A DNA stretch of 64,000 nt, from NCBI GenBank assembly GCA_965219095.1, contig CBDCMT010000001.1:832001-896000 (forward strand). Direction: 5' to 3'. The translations under genes and the position numbers were made by a program. The first letter of the stretch is position 1, and every line of letters begins with the position of its first letter. Under the pieces are notes generated by a model. It was not told the origin of the DNA. It saw only the letters and a program-made list of their open reading frames with translations, and did no database searches. Origin of the DNA: Bdellovibrionales bacterium. Its GTDB lineage: Bacteria; Bdellovibrionota; Bdellovibrionia; Bdellovibrionales; UBA1609. Positions 42,768-54,150 of this stretch are shown here, one piece after another.

Positions 42768-42971
42768 TTCTTAGTTAAAAAAATTACTTTACCATATAGA
42801 ATATTTACAATCTATTATTTATTTTATGAAAAGTTTGTAAAAAACTGTTAACATAAAGTGTAATTTTTTAACAACTATGGGCTAATAATGTTGAGTTTTT
42901 ATTTGTTTAGATTGTGTTACTTGTCATAAGCCTATGTGTTATAAAAATGAGATTTTGAAAGGAGGATCAAA

Positions 42972-44192
42972 ATGAAAAAAATTATAGAAAAGAAATCATT
43001 TTCTTACTTATTAGTGTTAGCGTCAATTTCTCTACTTTTTTCTTTAGTTACTTTCAAGCTTATTGGAGGAGAGGTTAATTTTGAAGAAGAGTTAAACGAA
43101 CCTTCATTTAGTAGCGAAAAGCTAGAAAGCTTGAATAAAAAAGTTCTAGAATATAGAGAAGAAGATGAAGTAGAAGGTTATGAGGTTTCCCCTAGAAAAC
43201 AAGCTTTACCCTTAAATTCGCAAGAAAACGAAGAAGAGGAACAAAGCTTTCAACCACAAACCGTGGTGGTGGAGGATACTCCTATTACAGAGGAGCAAAG
43301 AAAACGAAATAAAATTAATAAAATTCTTCAAAGAGTTCAGCAAAATACCAATGATGAAGCCACCAAGCAACTTAATTTACAAAGGATAGGTCATGAGGAA
43401 AAATTAATAAGTACCATTGATGAAGCTTTTAATCAAAAAAAAGAAAAGCCGGCTGTAAGTCAGCCCCAACAAACTGTTAAACCACAAAAATCTTCAAACC
43501 AAGAAGTCTCTGATTACGAGAAAGAGATTTCAGAAGCACAAAGAGATGCTGTCATAAACTCCATCCAAGAAGAAATTAGCACCCTTTCTAATAAGTTGTC
43601 AGAAAAGCCTTCTCGTTCTTACACCAACTATTTAAACTCTAAGCATTATATTGGTGGTTTGTTCAACTTCTATACCACCTATCCTCAAGTTCTTAACGTA
43701 GACTTCCGCTGGAGCGGTGGTTTGTCTGTGGGTTTGAGACTAGATGATCCAGGTTTTATTTTAGAAGGTAACTTCATTTACAGTGATTACTACTTAGATG
43801 ACAGAAGAGGCTTTAGTGAAGTCAAGCAATATAATTCTGAGTTGTTCTTAAAGTACTCTATTTTTCCTGAAAAAAGAGTGCGTCCTTATGGAGGTGTAGG
43901 ACTATCTTACACAGTAAGAAAGTACTACAATATAAGAAGCCCTTCTTTTTCTAGAAACATAGACAGTCAAGCTCATACAACATCGAGAGCTATTGACATG
44001 GGGGTTCAAGCAGGAGTCGATATTTTTGTACAAAGACGTATGTCTTTAGGCATAGAATATCGCTACTACTACAACATTAACCATGAATCTGACTCTGATT
44101 CCGTTTTTATTGACTTCTTTGGAATCAATAGAAACTCTCTAGAAAAACAAAGCTATAGTATGGTTTCTGCCGTTATGAGGCTTAATTTCTAA
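42972..44192 (+). CDS. Outer-membrane beta-barrel protein with long charged N-terminal region
   Basis: RPYGGVGLSY, LGIEYRY, C-terminal F; SD GGAGG. Confidence 0.8.
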   Translation: MKKIIEKKSFSYLLVLASISLLFSLVTFKLIGGEVNFEEELNEPSFSSEKLESLNKKVLEYREEDEVEGYEVSPRKQALPLNSQENEEEEQSFQPQTVVVEDTPITEEQRKRNKINKILQRVQQNTNDEATKQLNLQRIGHEEKLISTIDEAFNQKKEKPAVSQPQQTVKPQKSSNQEVSDYEKEISEAQRDAVINSIQEEISTLSNKLSEKPSRSYTNYLNSKHYIGGLFNFYTTYPQVLNVDFRWSGGLSVGLRLDDPGFILEGNFIYSDYYLDDRRGFSEVKQYNSELFLKYSIFPEKRVRPYGGVGLSYTVRKYYNIRSPSFSRNIDSQAHTTSRAIDMGVQAGVDIFVQRRMSLGIEYRYYYNINHESDSDSVFIDFFGINRNSLEKQSYSMVSAVMRLNF

Positions 44193-44273
44193 AAACTACT
44201 TAAAAAGAGGCTTGTATTTTAAAAGGTTTTTTGATACTCTTTTTCAAGGATTCCATTATGAGAATGACTGGGG

Positions 44274-44831
44274 TTGTCTTTAGATAACCCTTTTTTAATG
44301 GCTCTTGAAAGGGAATTAAAGGAAGAAATGAAAATGCTAAAAGAGTATATGGACAAAATCGAAAAACTAGCCTCTCAAGTGGCCTTAGATCACAACTGTC
44401 TTCTCTATGACTTAGAGTTTAAGAACAGAACTTTAAGAGTTTTTATTGATAAAAAAAATCAGACTGTGAGCTTAGATCATTGTACTCAAGTCTCTGAAGA
44501 TCTGGGAAGGCTTCTTGATCAAGAAGATCTGAAAGATCTGATCAAAACCTCTTACGATCTAGAGGTTTCAAGCCCTGGTCTGGAAAAAATCTTAAAGAAG
44601 TCTTGGCATTTTGAACAATCTTTAGGGGAAACTATAAAAATTAATATGAATAGCAAATATGAAGGAGATCGTTATTTTGAAGGAAAGCTTTCTTATTTCA
44701 AAAACAACAACATCATTTTAGAGAAAGAAGAAACGACCTATACCCTTCCTTTAGAGTTCGTTCATAAAGCTCAGGTTGTCTTTCATAAAAAGGATCATCA
44801 AAAAAGACAAAAAAAAGAGGATAAGTTATGA
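44274..44831 (+). CDS. rimP: Ribosome maturation factor (true start probably ~44328-44349)
   Basis: LRVFID, YDLEVSSPGL. Confidence 0.92.
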   Translation: MSLDNPFLMALERELKEEMKMLKEYMDKIEKLASQVALDHNCLLYDLEFKNRTLRVFIDKKNQTVSLDHCTQVSEDLGRLLDQEDLKDLIKTSYDLEVSSPGLEKILKKSWHFEQSLGETIKINMNSKYEGDRYFEGKLSYFKNNNIILEKEETTYTLPLEFVHKAQVVFHKKDHQKRQKKEDKL

Positions 44832-46390
44832 CAACAGAAGTAAATTTTTCAGAGCTCAACAAGCTCATTGAGCTTTTAAGTAAGGAAAGAGGTGTTGAAA
44901 AGGCACTGATAACAGATGCTATGATTCAAGGAGTCTTAGCGGCAGCTAAGAAAAAATATGGAACTTATAGAGAGATTGAAGCTCAGTACAACGAAGAAAC
45001 AGGAGAGATTGAACTTTATGAGTTTAAAGAAGTTATTGAGGATGATAAATTTGTAGATGAAGAAATAGAAATTAAAATGTCTGAGGCTAAGCACCTTGAT
45101 CCAGAGGTTCAAGTTAATGACTTTTTAGGAACGAAATTAGATATGACGGGATTAGGACGTATAGCCGTTCAAACAGCTCGTCAAATCATGGGGAAAAAGG
45201 TGCGTGATGCTGAAAGAGAGATCATTTTTTCGGAATTTGAAAATAGAAAAGGAGAGATTGCTTCCGGGATTGCACGTCACGTGGAAAGAAGAAACATTGT
45301 TGTGGACTTAGGCAGAACAGAAGCACATATTCCCCCTAAAGATCAAATCCGAGGGGAGGTGTATAAACCGGGAGAACGTATTCAAGGTTATATCTTAGAT
45401 GTACGTCAAACAACAAGAGGACCTCAAATTGTCATGTCGCGATCTTGTAATGAGTATTTAATTAAGCTTTTTGAACAAGAAGTACCTGAACTCTTAGAAG
45501 GTTTAGTGGAAATTGTTTCTGTGGCAAGAGAACCCGGCCAAAGAGCTAAAGTCGCTGTCCGATCAAAAGATCCTGATATTGATCCTGTGGGATCTTGTGT
45601 TGGTATGAAAGGAAGCCGTATTCAAAATGTCATTCAAGAATTAGGTGGAGAAAAAATTGATGTTGTCCTTTATGATGAAGGCACAGTACAGTCTGTATGT
45701 AACGCCCTTTCTCCTGCAGATATTACAGAAGTTTTTCTCAACGAAGATGAAAGGTCTATGGAAGTGATTGTAGCAGAAAACCAACTAAGCCTTGCTATAG
45801 GAAAAAAAGGACAAAATGTGAGACTTGCGGCTAAGCTTACAGGTTGGAAATTAGACATCATCTCTGAAGACGAAGCTAAAAACAGAATGGCTGAGTCTAT
45901 CTTCAATATCATGCTGATTCCTGGAATGACGGAAACTATGGCTCAAAACTTTTTTCAATCAGGTTATCCTTCTTTTCAGGAACTGGCTAAATCCTCTTTG
46001 GATATGATCACAAAAGTCCCTGGCTATGAAAAACAAGAGGATGCTAAAAGAATTATAGAGGAGGCTCAGAAACTTTGTGAATACTATAAGGATAAGGAAA
46101 TTCCTACTAAATTCAAAAAGAAAACAAGTGAAAAAGTAACCGATGTTCATTCTGAAGCCGAAAGGAAGCTAAAAGAAGAAATGTCTAAGCTGGAAAGTGA
46201 AAATCAAAAAAGCGAGAGTCGAAAAAGTGAAAAGAAAGGAAATAAGCCTGAAGAAAAGGATAGCCAACAAGTCACAAAAATTCAAGAAGAAACAACACCG
46301 CAGAACCCTCAAACACAAGTCTCTCAGACAATAAACACTCAAGCTGTGTTAGAAAAAAAAGAAGAAACAGGAGAGAAAAAGAAAAACTAA
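44828..46390 (+). CDS. nusA: Transcription factor NusA
   Basis: GRIAVQTARQ, AREPG, GKKGQNVRLA. Confidence 0.97.
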   Translation: MTTEVNFSELNKLIELLSKERGVEKALITDAMIQGVLAAAKKKYGTYREIEAQYNEETGEIELYEFKEVIEDDKFVDEEIEIKMSEAKHLDPEVQVNDFLGTKLDMTGLGRIAVQTARQIMGKKVRDAEREIIFSEFENRKGEIASGIARHVERRNIVVDLGRTEAHIPPKDQIRGEVYKPGERIQGYILDVRQTTRGPQIVMSRSCNEYLIKLFEQEVPELLEGLVEIVSVAREPGQRAKVAVRSKDPDIDPVGSCVGMKGSRIQNVIQELGGEKIDVVLYDEGTVQSVCNALSPADITEVFLNEDERSMEVIVAENQLSLAIGKKGQNVRLAAKLTGWKLDIISEDEAKNRMAESIFNIMLIPGMTETMAQNFFQSGYPSFQELAKSSLDMITKVPGYEKQEDAKRIIEEAQKLCEYYKDKEIPTKFKKKTSEKVTDVHSEAERKLKEEMSKLESENQKSESRKSEKKGNKPEEKDSQQVTKIQEETTPQNPQTQVSQTINTQAVLEKKEETGEKKKN

Positions 46391-46396
46391 AACAAT

Positions 46397-48880
46397 ATGA
46401 AAGTTTACGATCTAGCAAAAGAACTTAAAATGGAGACTTTAGTCCTGATGGATCAAATCCGTCAACTTAAGATTCCTGTAAAAAGTCATATGTCATCTCT
46501 TGACGATGAAACATTAGCAACCATTCGTAAATTTTTTTCTGAACAAAACTTCCATAAGAAAAAGACAAAGAAAAAGACAAAAAAGAAAACAACAAAAAAG
46601 AAAGTTACACCAAAAATTCCCACAGCAAAAGTAAGAACTCCTATTACAGCTAAAAAAACGAGTCAGAATGAAAGTCTATCAACTCCTTCACAAAAAAAAG
46701 TTTTAAAAAGTAGAACCATCATTCGTAGAAAAAAAGAAGATATGGCTCCTCCTAAAGAAATTGAAAAAACATCTTTTCTCAAGAAAGAGATTGAAGTTGA
46801 TTCAACTCATACTTCAGAAAAAGTTACAAACTCTGTAACAGATACATCTTCCACAGATACTTCTCCTAATATCAAAAGACGTAACATTCGTTCAGGGTTT
46901 GTTGTGGCTCCTTCTCTAGAAGCAGAAGAAAAGAATGCTAAAGAAAAGGCTGAGATTGCTAGGAAGAAGCCTGTAAAAAAACCCCAAATTCAAGCTCATT
47001 TTCTAAGCTCAGACTTCAAAAAAAGAGAAGTTGTCTTCCAGCCTAAGCAAAAAAAGAACATTCCTCTTAAAAATTTAAAGAAAACAGAAATTACAACTCC
47101 TAAATCCTCAAAAAGGGTTGTAAAAATGTATGAAACGATCGAACTTAATGAATTAGCTCAACAAATTAAAATTAAAAATAGGGAGTTGATAAAAAAATTA
47201 AAAGAAAGTGGTTTAGAGACAAGTCAGGAGAGCTTATTGGATTTAAATACAGTAGAATTTATAGCTTCTGACTTTGGCTTTGAAGTTCAAAACCTTCATA
47301 GAACTTTTAAAGATACTTTAGAAGAGGTGAGAGGTCAAAGGGAAAACGCTTCTGAAACAGTGATCAAGCCCCCTGTGGTAACAGTCATGGGCCATGTGGA
47401 TCATGGAAAAACCACACTTCTGGATGCTCTTCGTAAAACAAATATGGTCAAACAAGAGGCCGGGGGAATCACACAGCATATAGGAGCTTATATGGTGATC
47501 ACAGAAAATAAAAAAACCATCACTTTTATCGATACTCCCGGACATCAAGCCTTTACAGCAATGAGAGAGAGGGGAGCTCATATTACAGATATTGTGATTC
47601 TTGTTGTGGCTGCTGATGATGGTGTCATGCCTCAAACTATAGAAGCTTTAAACCATGCAAAAGCAGCTAAAGTTCCAATCATTGTAGCTGTTAATAAAAT
47701 CGACAAACCCGGTGCCAGTACAGATAAAATCAAACAAACTTTAGGAGAGTATGAGCTTTTAGCAGAAGAATGGGGAGGAGAGACCATTTACTGTGAAGTT
47801 TCTGCCACTAAAAAACAAGGACTCAAAGAACTTTTAGAACAGATTGATCTTTTAGCTGAAATTTTAGAATTAAAAGCCCATCCTAAAAGTTTAGCAAAAG
47901 GTGTGGTTATTGAAAGTCGATTTGAAAAAGGGCAAGGTCCTGTGGCAACTTTACTTGTACAGGATGGTACTTTAAGAAAGTCAGATCCTATTGTGTGTGG
48001 AGATGTTCATTCAAAAATTCGTGTTATGGTAAATGATAAGGGGGAAAAAGTCAACCATATCTTATGTGGTCATCCTGTTGAGATTTCAGGTTTTGAAAAA
48101 CCTCTACAAGCAGGGGAAAATTTTTATGCTTGTAAAACTGAAAAAGAGGCTAAAAAACTTTCAGAAACCTTTAAAAAAGAAACCCAAGAAGAAACTACAA
48201 AAGAGGACTCTGAACAAGAAGACATTTTTGCTAAACTTAAAAAGAAAGAAGTTAAAGAGCTTCCTATTATCCTTAAAGCTGATGTAGCAGGAAGCTTAGA
48301 GGCTATTAAGAATTCTCTTGAAAAACTCAATGAAGCCACCAGTGAAGTGGATCTACGTATAATTCATTCTGGAGTGGGAGCTATTGCTGAGTCAGACATT
48401 TTACTCATTTCAACTCTTAAAGGAATTGTTCTAGGTTTCAATGTAAGACCTGATAGTGGAGCCCATCAAAAAGCTAAACAAAAAACAGTTTCTGTTCATT
48501 GTTACAAAGTCATTTACGAACTTCTTGATGATGTGAAAAAAATGTTAAAAGATATGTTAAGCCCCGATGAAAAAGAATCTGTTACAGGGACTGTTGAAGT
48601 CAGAGAGATTTTTCCTATTACTAAGCAAGGCACTATTGCAGGATGTTTTGTTACCTCGGGGAAAATCACTCGTAACAGTCGCTTACGACTTTTAAGACAA
48701 GGACGTATGATTTACGAAGGAAAACTTAAAAGCCTTCGACGTTTCAAAGATGACGTCAAAGAAGTGGCATCGAATTATGAGTGTGGTCTTATTATTGAAA
48801 ATTACAATGATATTAAAGTAGGTGATGTCATTGAAGCTTTTATTATTGAAGTCGTTAAAAAGGATCTGGATTTCTCATGA
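46397..48880 (+). CDS. infB: Translation initiation factor IF-2
   Basis: GHVDHGKT, DTPGH, NKID. Confidence 0.98.
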   Translation: MKVYDLAKELKMETLVLMDQIRQLKIPVKSHMSSLDDETLATIRKFFSEQNFHKKKTKKKTKKKTTKKKVTPKIPTAKVRTPITAKKTSQNESLSTPSQKKVLKSRTIIRRKKEDMAPPKEIEKTSFLKKEIEVDSTHTSEKVTNSVTDTSSTDTSPNIKRRNIRSGFVVAPSLEAEEKNAKEKAEIARKKPVKKPQIQAHFLSSDFKKREVVFQPKQKKNIPLKNLKKTEITTPKSSKRVVKMYETIELNELAQQIKIKNRELIKKLKESGLETSQESLLDLNTVEFIASDFGFEVQNLHRTFKDTLEEVRGQRENASETVIKPPVVTVMGHVDHGKTTLLDALRKTNMVKQEAGGITQHIGAYMVITENKKTITFIDTPGHQAFTAMRERGAHITDIVILVVAADDGVMPQTIEALNHAKAAKVPIIVAVNKIDKPGASTDKIKQTLGEYELLAEEWGGETIYCEVSATKKQGLKELLEQIDLLAEILELKAHPKSLAKGVVIESRFEKGQGPVATLLVQDGTLRKSDPIVCGDVHSKIRVMVNDKGEKVNHILCGHPVEISGFEKPLQAGENFYACKTEKEAKKLSETFKKETQEETTKEDSEQEDIFAKLKKKEVKELPIILKADVAGSLEAIKNSLEKLNEATSEVDLRIIHSGVGAIAESDILLISTLKGIVLGFNVRPDSGAHQKAKQKTVSVHCYKVIYELLDDVKKMLKDMLSPDEKESVTGTVEVREIFPITKQGTIAGCFVTSGKITRNSRLRLLRQGRMIYEGKLKSLRRFKDDVKEVASNYECGLIIENYNDIKVGDVIEAFIIEVVKKDLDFS

Positions 48881-49806
48881 ATTTAAGTTCCTACAATGGT
48901 ATTTTACTAGTTAATAAACCTTCTGGACTGACAAGCCATGACTTAGTCCTCCATGTCAGAAAAACTCTTAAACAAAAAACAATAGGTCATACAGGGACTT
49001 TAGACCCTTTTGCTTCAGGGCTTATGGTTTTAGTCTTAGGAAAGGCTACAAAAATTTCAGATCACTTAAGAGATAAGCAAAAATCTTACACTTTAACAGT
49101 TAAGTTAGGCTTTACCACAGACACCTTGGATAAAACGGGGCAAATAAGCGGACCCTATCCTCTTGTTCAAGACAAAAGGCAAATAGAAAAAGCTTTAGAG
49201 GGAATGGAAGGGCATATGAAGCTTCCTGTTCCTAAATTCTCAGCCATGAAAATTAAGGGTAAAAAACTTTACGAATACGCAAGAAAAGGAGAAGATATAG
49301 AACTTCCTCTGAAAACAATGAATTTTTTTGATATGAAAATTCACAGTATAAAACTTGATGAAATAAGTTTAAGTTTAAAATGCTCTAAGGGAAGCTATAT
49401 TCGTTCTTGGGTTGAAGCTTTGGGAAAAAAGCTTCAATCAGGTGGTTTCGTAGAATCTCTTTGTCGCACTCATGTGGCAGATTTTGAATTGACACAGGCT
49501 GTGGATCTTAAAGAGCTTTTGCCACTGCATTTTTCAAAGCTTTCTAAAAAAAGCTTTTACCCTTTGGAAGAACTTTTTTCTGATTCTAAAAGCCTGTGGG
49601 TGAATTCAAAAGAACAACGTTTGATGTTAAATGGGCAGATAGCCTATTCTCTTAAAAACCGCCTTGTCATAGAGCAGAAAAAAGCCAATCGTTCAGACAA
49701 GATAAGACCTGTGAGAGTTCTCAGTGAAGAGACAGGAGAGCTTTTAAGCTTCTTAGAGCTTGTACCGAGGAAAAAGCCTAAAATCCACAGTCTTTTTAAC
49801 CATTGA
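48877..49806 (+). CDS. truB: tRNA pseudouridine(55) synthase
   Basis: GHTGTLDP, SKGSYIRS. Confidence 0.96.
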   Translation: MNLSSYNGILLVNKPSGLTSHDLVLHVRKTLKQKTIGHTGTLDPFASGLMVLVLGKATKISDHLRDKQKSYTLTVKLGFTTDTLDKTGQISGPYPLVQDKRQIEKALEGMEGHMKLPVPKFSAMKIKGKKLYEYARKGEDIELPLKTMNFFDMKIHSIKLDEISLSLKCSKGSYIRSWVEALGKKLQSGGFVESLCRTHVADFELTQAVDLKELLPLHFSKLSKKSFYPLEELFSDSKSLWVNSKEQRLMLNGQIAYSLKNRLVIEQKKANRSDKIRPVRVLSEETGELLSFLELVPRKKPKIHSLFNH

Positions 49807-49862
49807 CAAAGTTTACTGTATTGACTAAGTTAAGTTGAGTGGGCTTCAAGTAGGAGGAATAG

Positions 49863-50129
49863 ATGTTACAGAAACAGCAAAAAGAACAAATCGTCAACCA
49901 ATTCAAAAACTATGATTTAGATACAGGAAATCTTAAAGTCCAAGTTGCTCTTTTAACAGAGCGTATCAGGGAGTTGACAGAACACTTTAAAATTCATAAA
50001 AAAGACTTTCACGGTCAAAGAGGGCTTGTGAACTTGGTCAATCGTCGTGTGAAGCTTCTTAAGTATTTAAAGCGAAAAAATGAAAGTAAGTATCGTGATT
50101 TGATTTCAAAACTGAATCTAAGAAAATAA
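49863..50129 (+). CDS. rpsO: 30S ribosomal protein S15
   Basis: DTG..VQVALLT..HKKD..RGL. Confidence 0.96.
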   Translation: MLQKQQKEQIVNQFKNYDLDTGNLKVQVALLTERIRELTEHFKIHKKDFHGQRGLVNLVNRRVKLLKYLKRKNESKYRDLISKLNLRK

Positions 50130-50151
50130 TATAACATAAGGAATAAAAATT

Positions 50152-52254
50152 ATGAAGTTAGAAAATTTTGAGTTTTCTTTTTGTGGAAAGAAAATAACTT
50201 TAGAAACAGGAGAGATAGCATCACAGGCAGATGCTTCAATGTTTGTAAAATGTGGAGATAATCGTATTTTAGTCACCGTAATCTCTGATACTAAAGAATC
50301 ACAATCTGATTTTTTTCCTCTCACAGTGGAGTACACAGAAAAGTTCTTTTCTACAGGAAGAATTCCTGGAGGTTATTTTAAAAGAGAGGGTCGCCCTGCT
50401 AATGAATCCATTCTCGTATGCCGTTTGATTGATCGTCCTATGAGACCATGCTTTCCTGAGGGCTATCGTCAAGAAACTCAAATTGTAGCTACAGTGTTAA
50501 GTTCTGATAGTCAATTTCCCTTACCCATTTTAGCTACCTTAGGAGCTTCAGCAGCTTGTCACATTTCAAACATTCCTTTTGATGGGCCTATTGCTTCTGT
50601 TCAGGTTGCAGAAATTGATGGTCAACTTGTAGGTAACCCCAGTTTAGAGTCTTTAGAAAAAAGCACTCTTAACATGATTGTATCAGGAACGTCTGAAGGT
50701 CTTCTCATGGTAGAAGCAGGAGCTCAATTTATAGAAGAAAAAAGAGTGATGGAAGCTTTAAAGTTTGCTCATAAGTCCTTAACGACAGCTTTAGATGTTC
50801 AAAACGAAATGAGAAAAAAGCTGGGAGAAAAGAAAAGAGAGTTTTTGCCTCCTCGTATTGATGAAAAGTTCATCACAGATGTGAAAAATTTCGCTACTCC
50901 TCTTTTAAGCCAAGCTCTTAAAACTCCGGAAAAAAAGAAACGATACGAACAAATCAAAGAAGCTTTGAGTAAAACCTTTGAAGAATTTACTGAAACCTCT
51001 GAAAACTCTGAGTCTGAATTAAAAGAACATGAAAATCAAGTTACTCAAGCTTTTAATGATCTAAAGTACAAATTAGCTAGAGACATGATCTTAAAAGAAA
51101 AAACACGTATTGATGGACGAAATTTTACTTCAGTAAGAAATATTAATTGTAGGGTGGGACTTTTGCCGAGAGTTCATGGTTCCAGTCTTTTTACAAGAGG
51201 AGAAACTCAAGTGATGGGATCTGTGACTTTAGGAACAAGTCTTGATGAACAAATGATTGATTCCCTTCATGGCTTAGTGAAAAAACAATTCATGCTTCAT
51301 TATAACTTCCCTCCTTACTCTGTAGGAGAGGTGGGACGTATGGGAGGACAAAGTCGTAGAGAAATAGGTCATGGGTTTTTAGCGGAAAAAGCTCTCTCGG
51401 CTGTTTTGCCTGAGCACAAAGATTTTCCCTACACAGTTCGTCTTGTAGGAGATGTTATGTCTTCTAATGGTTCAAGCTCTATGGGAACTGTATGTGCTGG
51501 ACTCTTAGCTTTCTTAGATGCTGGTATTCCCATAAAAGAAAATGTAGCAGGAATTGCTATGGGACTTGTTAAAGAAGATGATAATTTAGCTATCTTAAGC
51601 GATATTTTAGGTGATGAAGATCACCTAGGTGATATGGACTTTAAAGTTGCAGGAGGATTTTCCGGCATCACAGCTTTACAAATGGATATTAAAGTTAAAA
51701 GTCTTTCCTTTGAGATCATAGAAAAAGCTCTTTTTCAAGCACTTGAGGGAAGATGTTATATCCTTAAGGAGATGGAAAAAGTAATTCAAGAGCCTCGCAA
51801 AGACATCTCTCAGTATGCACCTCGAATCACAACCATTCAAATTAACCCTGAAAAAGTAAGAGAAGTGATTGGTGTAGGAGGAAAAGTTATAAGACAAATT
51901 ACTGAGGAATCGGGAGCTCGTATTACTATTGAAGATGATGGTCGGATTCATGTGGCTTCTTCTGATCCTAAATCAAGTCAGGTGGCTATTGATAAAATAC
52001 AAGCCATTTGTGCTGAAGCTGAAGTGGGAAAAACTTACAAGGGTAGAATCACTAAAATTACAGAGTTTGGAGCTTTTGTAGAAATTTTACCTAATACAAG
52101 TGGTCTTTTACACATTTCAGAGATCGCTCATAAAAGAATTCGCAAAGTATCAGATGTCTTAAAAGAAGGAGAAGAAGTAGAAGTGAAAGTGTTAGATGTA
52201 GATCGTTCGGGTCGTATCCGTTTGAGTAGAAAAGCACTTATAAAGACTCATTAG
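50152..52254 (+). CDS. pnp: Polynucleotide phosphorylase
   Basis: FFPLTV, RLIDR, SNGSSSM, GDMDFKVAG, KH and S1 domains. Confidence 0.98.
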   Translation: MKLENFEFSFCGKKITLETGEIASQADASMFVKCGDNRILVTVISDTKESQSDFFPLTVEYTEKFFSTGRIPGGYFKREGRPANESILVCRLIDRPMRPCFPEGYRQETQIVATVLSSDSQFPLPILATLGASAACHISNIPFDGPIASVQVAEIDGQLVGNPSLESLEKSTLNMIVSGTSEGLLMVEAGAQFIEEKRVMEALKFAHKSLTTALDVQNEMRKKLGEKKREFLPPRIDEKFITDVKNFATPLLSQALKTPEKKKRYEQIKEALSKTFEEFTETSENSESELKEHENQVTQAFNDLKYKLARDMILKEKTRIDGRNFTSVRNINCRVGLLPRVHGSSLFTRGETQVMGSVTLGTSLDEQMIDSLHGLVKKQFMLHYNFPPYSVGEVGRMGGQSRREIGHGFLAEKALSAVLPEHKDFPYTVRLVGDVMSSNGSSSMGTVCAGLLAFLDAGIPIKENVAGIAMGLVKEDDNLAILSDILGDEDHLGDMDFKVAGGFSGITALQMDIKVKSLSFEIIEKALFQALEGRCYILKEMEKVIQEPRKDISQYAPRITTIQINPEKVREVIGVGGKVIRQITEESGARITIEDDGRIHVASSDPKSSQVAIDKIQAICAEAEVGKTYKGRITKITEFGAFVEILPNTSGLLHISEIAHKRIRKVSDVLKEGEEVEVKVLDVDRSGRIRLSRKALIKTH

Positions 52255-52261
52255 TTTAAAA

Positions 52262-53512
52262 TTGAAAGTTTTTAACTTCAAGCCTTCTTTTTATAAAACA
52301 CAAGTAAAAAATCTTAAACTGATTACAGAACATCATCCCTATTGTCGTTCAGTGAGCGTAGGGGTTTTTGTAAATTACGGTACACGTCATGAAAAACCTT
52401 CGGAAAACGGCATAGCTCATTTGCTTGAACATATGGTTTTTAAAGGGAGTTCGAATTATACGGCATTTGAATTGAATCAAAAAATAGAAGCACTAGGAGG
52501 AGAACTCAATGCCTTCACATCAAAAGAATTGACATGCTTCCATGCCAGTGTGCTAAGTGAACACTTAGAAACTGCTTTAGAAGTACTCTCTGAAATATCA
52601 CAAAGAGCTCTTTTTACAGAAAAAAATCTAAAAAAAGAAAAAGAAGTAATCGTACAAGAGATTGAAAGTGAAAAAGATGATCCAGAACAAGTAATTTATA
52701 ACCTGTACTTTGAAAAAGCCTACAAGAAAAATCCTCTTTCACAACCTATTTTAGGAACAACTAAAAAATTAGCTTCTCTCACGCTTAAAGATTTAGAAGA
52801 GACATATAAAAAAAAATACAAAACTCTTCTTATCTCTATAGCGGGTAATGTAGATCACCAAAAAAGTCTTTCATTTGTAAAGAAGTACTTTAAAAAAGAA
52901 AATATAGATTTTCAAAAACCTTCTTTAGCACCTGTTATCTCTCAACATTTTTCAGAAAGTAGAGTTGCTCAATTTCAACAAAGTCATTTGCTTTTAGGTT
53001 TTGAAACTCCCTGTTTTTGTGATGATGATAGGTTTGTAGCTCAACTTTTTACAACTGTTTTAGGAAGTGGTATGACTTCAAGACTCTACCAACTTCTAAG
53101 AGAAAAAAAAGCTCTTGTTTATTCTATTAATAGCTATTTAAGCCAAACCAATAACTCAGGTCTATTGCTTATCTCATCAGCTACTAAAGAATCAAATTTG
53201 AACCTTACTTTAGAACTTATCAACACAGAACTTATGGAGTTAAAAAACAAAGGTGTGAGAGAGGAAGAACTACGTTTTTTCAAAGATCAGTTAAAAGGAG
53301 AGATCATTTTAGCCTCTAATGATATAGAACATCGCATGGAATCTATTGCTTATTATGAAATGTATCATGAAGAGTACAAACAAGTTGATAAAGTTCTAAA
53401 AAGAATAGAGGAAATATCTATAAATTCTTTCAATACATTCTGTAACAAGCTTATAAAGAATATTAGCACTTTTGTTTTAAAATCCGATCCTGTAAAGTAT
53501 AGATATTCATAA
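52262..53512 (+). CDS. M16 family zinc peptidase
   Basis: HLLEH motif, NAFT, SRLYQLLREK. Confidence 0.93.
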   Translation: MKVFNFKPSFYKTQVKNLKLITEHHPYCRSVSVGVFVNYGTRHEKPSENGIAHLLEHMVFKGSSNYTAFELNQKIEALGGELNAFTSKELTCFHASVLSEHLETALEVLSEISQRALFTEKNLKKEKEVIVQEIESEKDDPEQVIYNLYFEKAYKKNPLSQPILGTTKKLASLTLKDLEETYKKKYKTLLISIAGNVDHQKSLSFVKKYFKKENIDFQKPSLAPVISQHFSESRVAQFQQSHLLLGFETPCFCDDDRFVAQLFTTVLGSGMTSRLYQLLREKKALVYSINSYLSQTNNSGLLLISSATKESNLNLTLELINTELMELKNKGVREEELRFFKDQLKGEIILASNDIEHRMESIAYYEMYHEEYKQVDKVLKRIEEISINSFNTFCNKLIKNISTFVLKSDPVKYRYS

Positions 53513-53617
53513 AAGTTTCGCTACAACTGCATAATTTTCTAGATTGATTATAATGTTGGTGGTATGAGACAAGAATATGCAAGCTACGAAGAAAAGAAAA
53601 GAACGATTCAAAATTAT

Positions 53618-53852
53618 GCTTCCTCAAAAGAACCTCCAGGGCAGACGAGCCCATTTTCTAAGTTTTTGGAATCAGTGAAAAATTTAATAATAACAACAAA
53701 ATACCCTGACTGCCTGAGACCTCGACAGACCGCAACGTACCGCTCTAAACTGCTCTATCTATCACGCCAAAAACAAAAAGTAAGGTAAAAGATGATTGAA
53801 CAGAACGCAAACTGCCAGAACCTCCGGGAACCCACAGATTCCCGGAGGAGCC
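53618..53852. mobile_element. ISL3-terminus-bounded non-autonomous remnant
   Basis: GCTTCCTCAAAAGAACCTCC ... GAACCTCCGGGAACCCACAGATTCCCGGAGGAGCC; no TSD found. Confidence 0.6.
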
Positions 53853-53865
53853 AATAATAAAAACT

Positions 53866-54150
53866 CCTGACTTCGACACAACACACTGCAACAAGTGAAT
53901 AATTTCAAATAGTTACAATTTTTGGAGCCACAGGAAAGGGTTTTTTAAAGGTCAGCAGATTCAGCAGATGTTGTGGGAAAGAGGCTCATAGAGGAGTCTC
54001 TTTTAAGCGAAAAAGCACTGTAAATTTCTTCTACTTCCTTTGTACAACCTGATGGAAGGCGATAAAGTTTTTTCGTCTTTTTTTCTTTTAAAATACTGTA
54101 CTGATCTCTTTTTAAGATCTTTCTCATTCTTTCAAAGCTTAAATTAGTCG
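53866..54150 (-). mobile_element. IS1634-family right-end remnant with transposase C-terminus
   Basis: End CCTGACTTCGACACAACAC; KLYRLPS..IYSAFSL tail. Confidence 0.7.

Noticed and set aside
53564..53788. 74-aa ORF
   Set aside because: Runs across an ISL3-end junction; likely chimeric and spurious.
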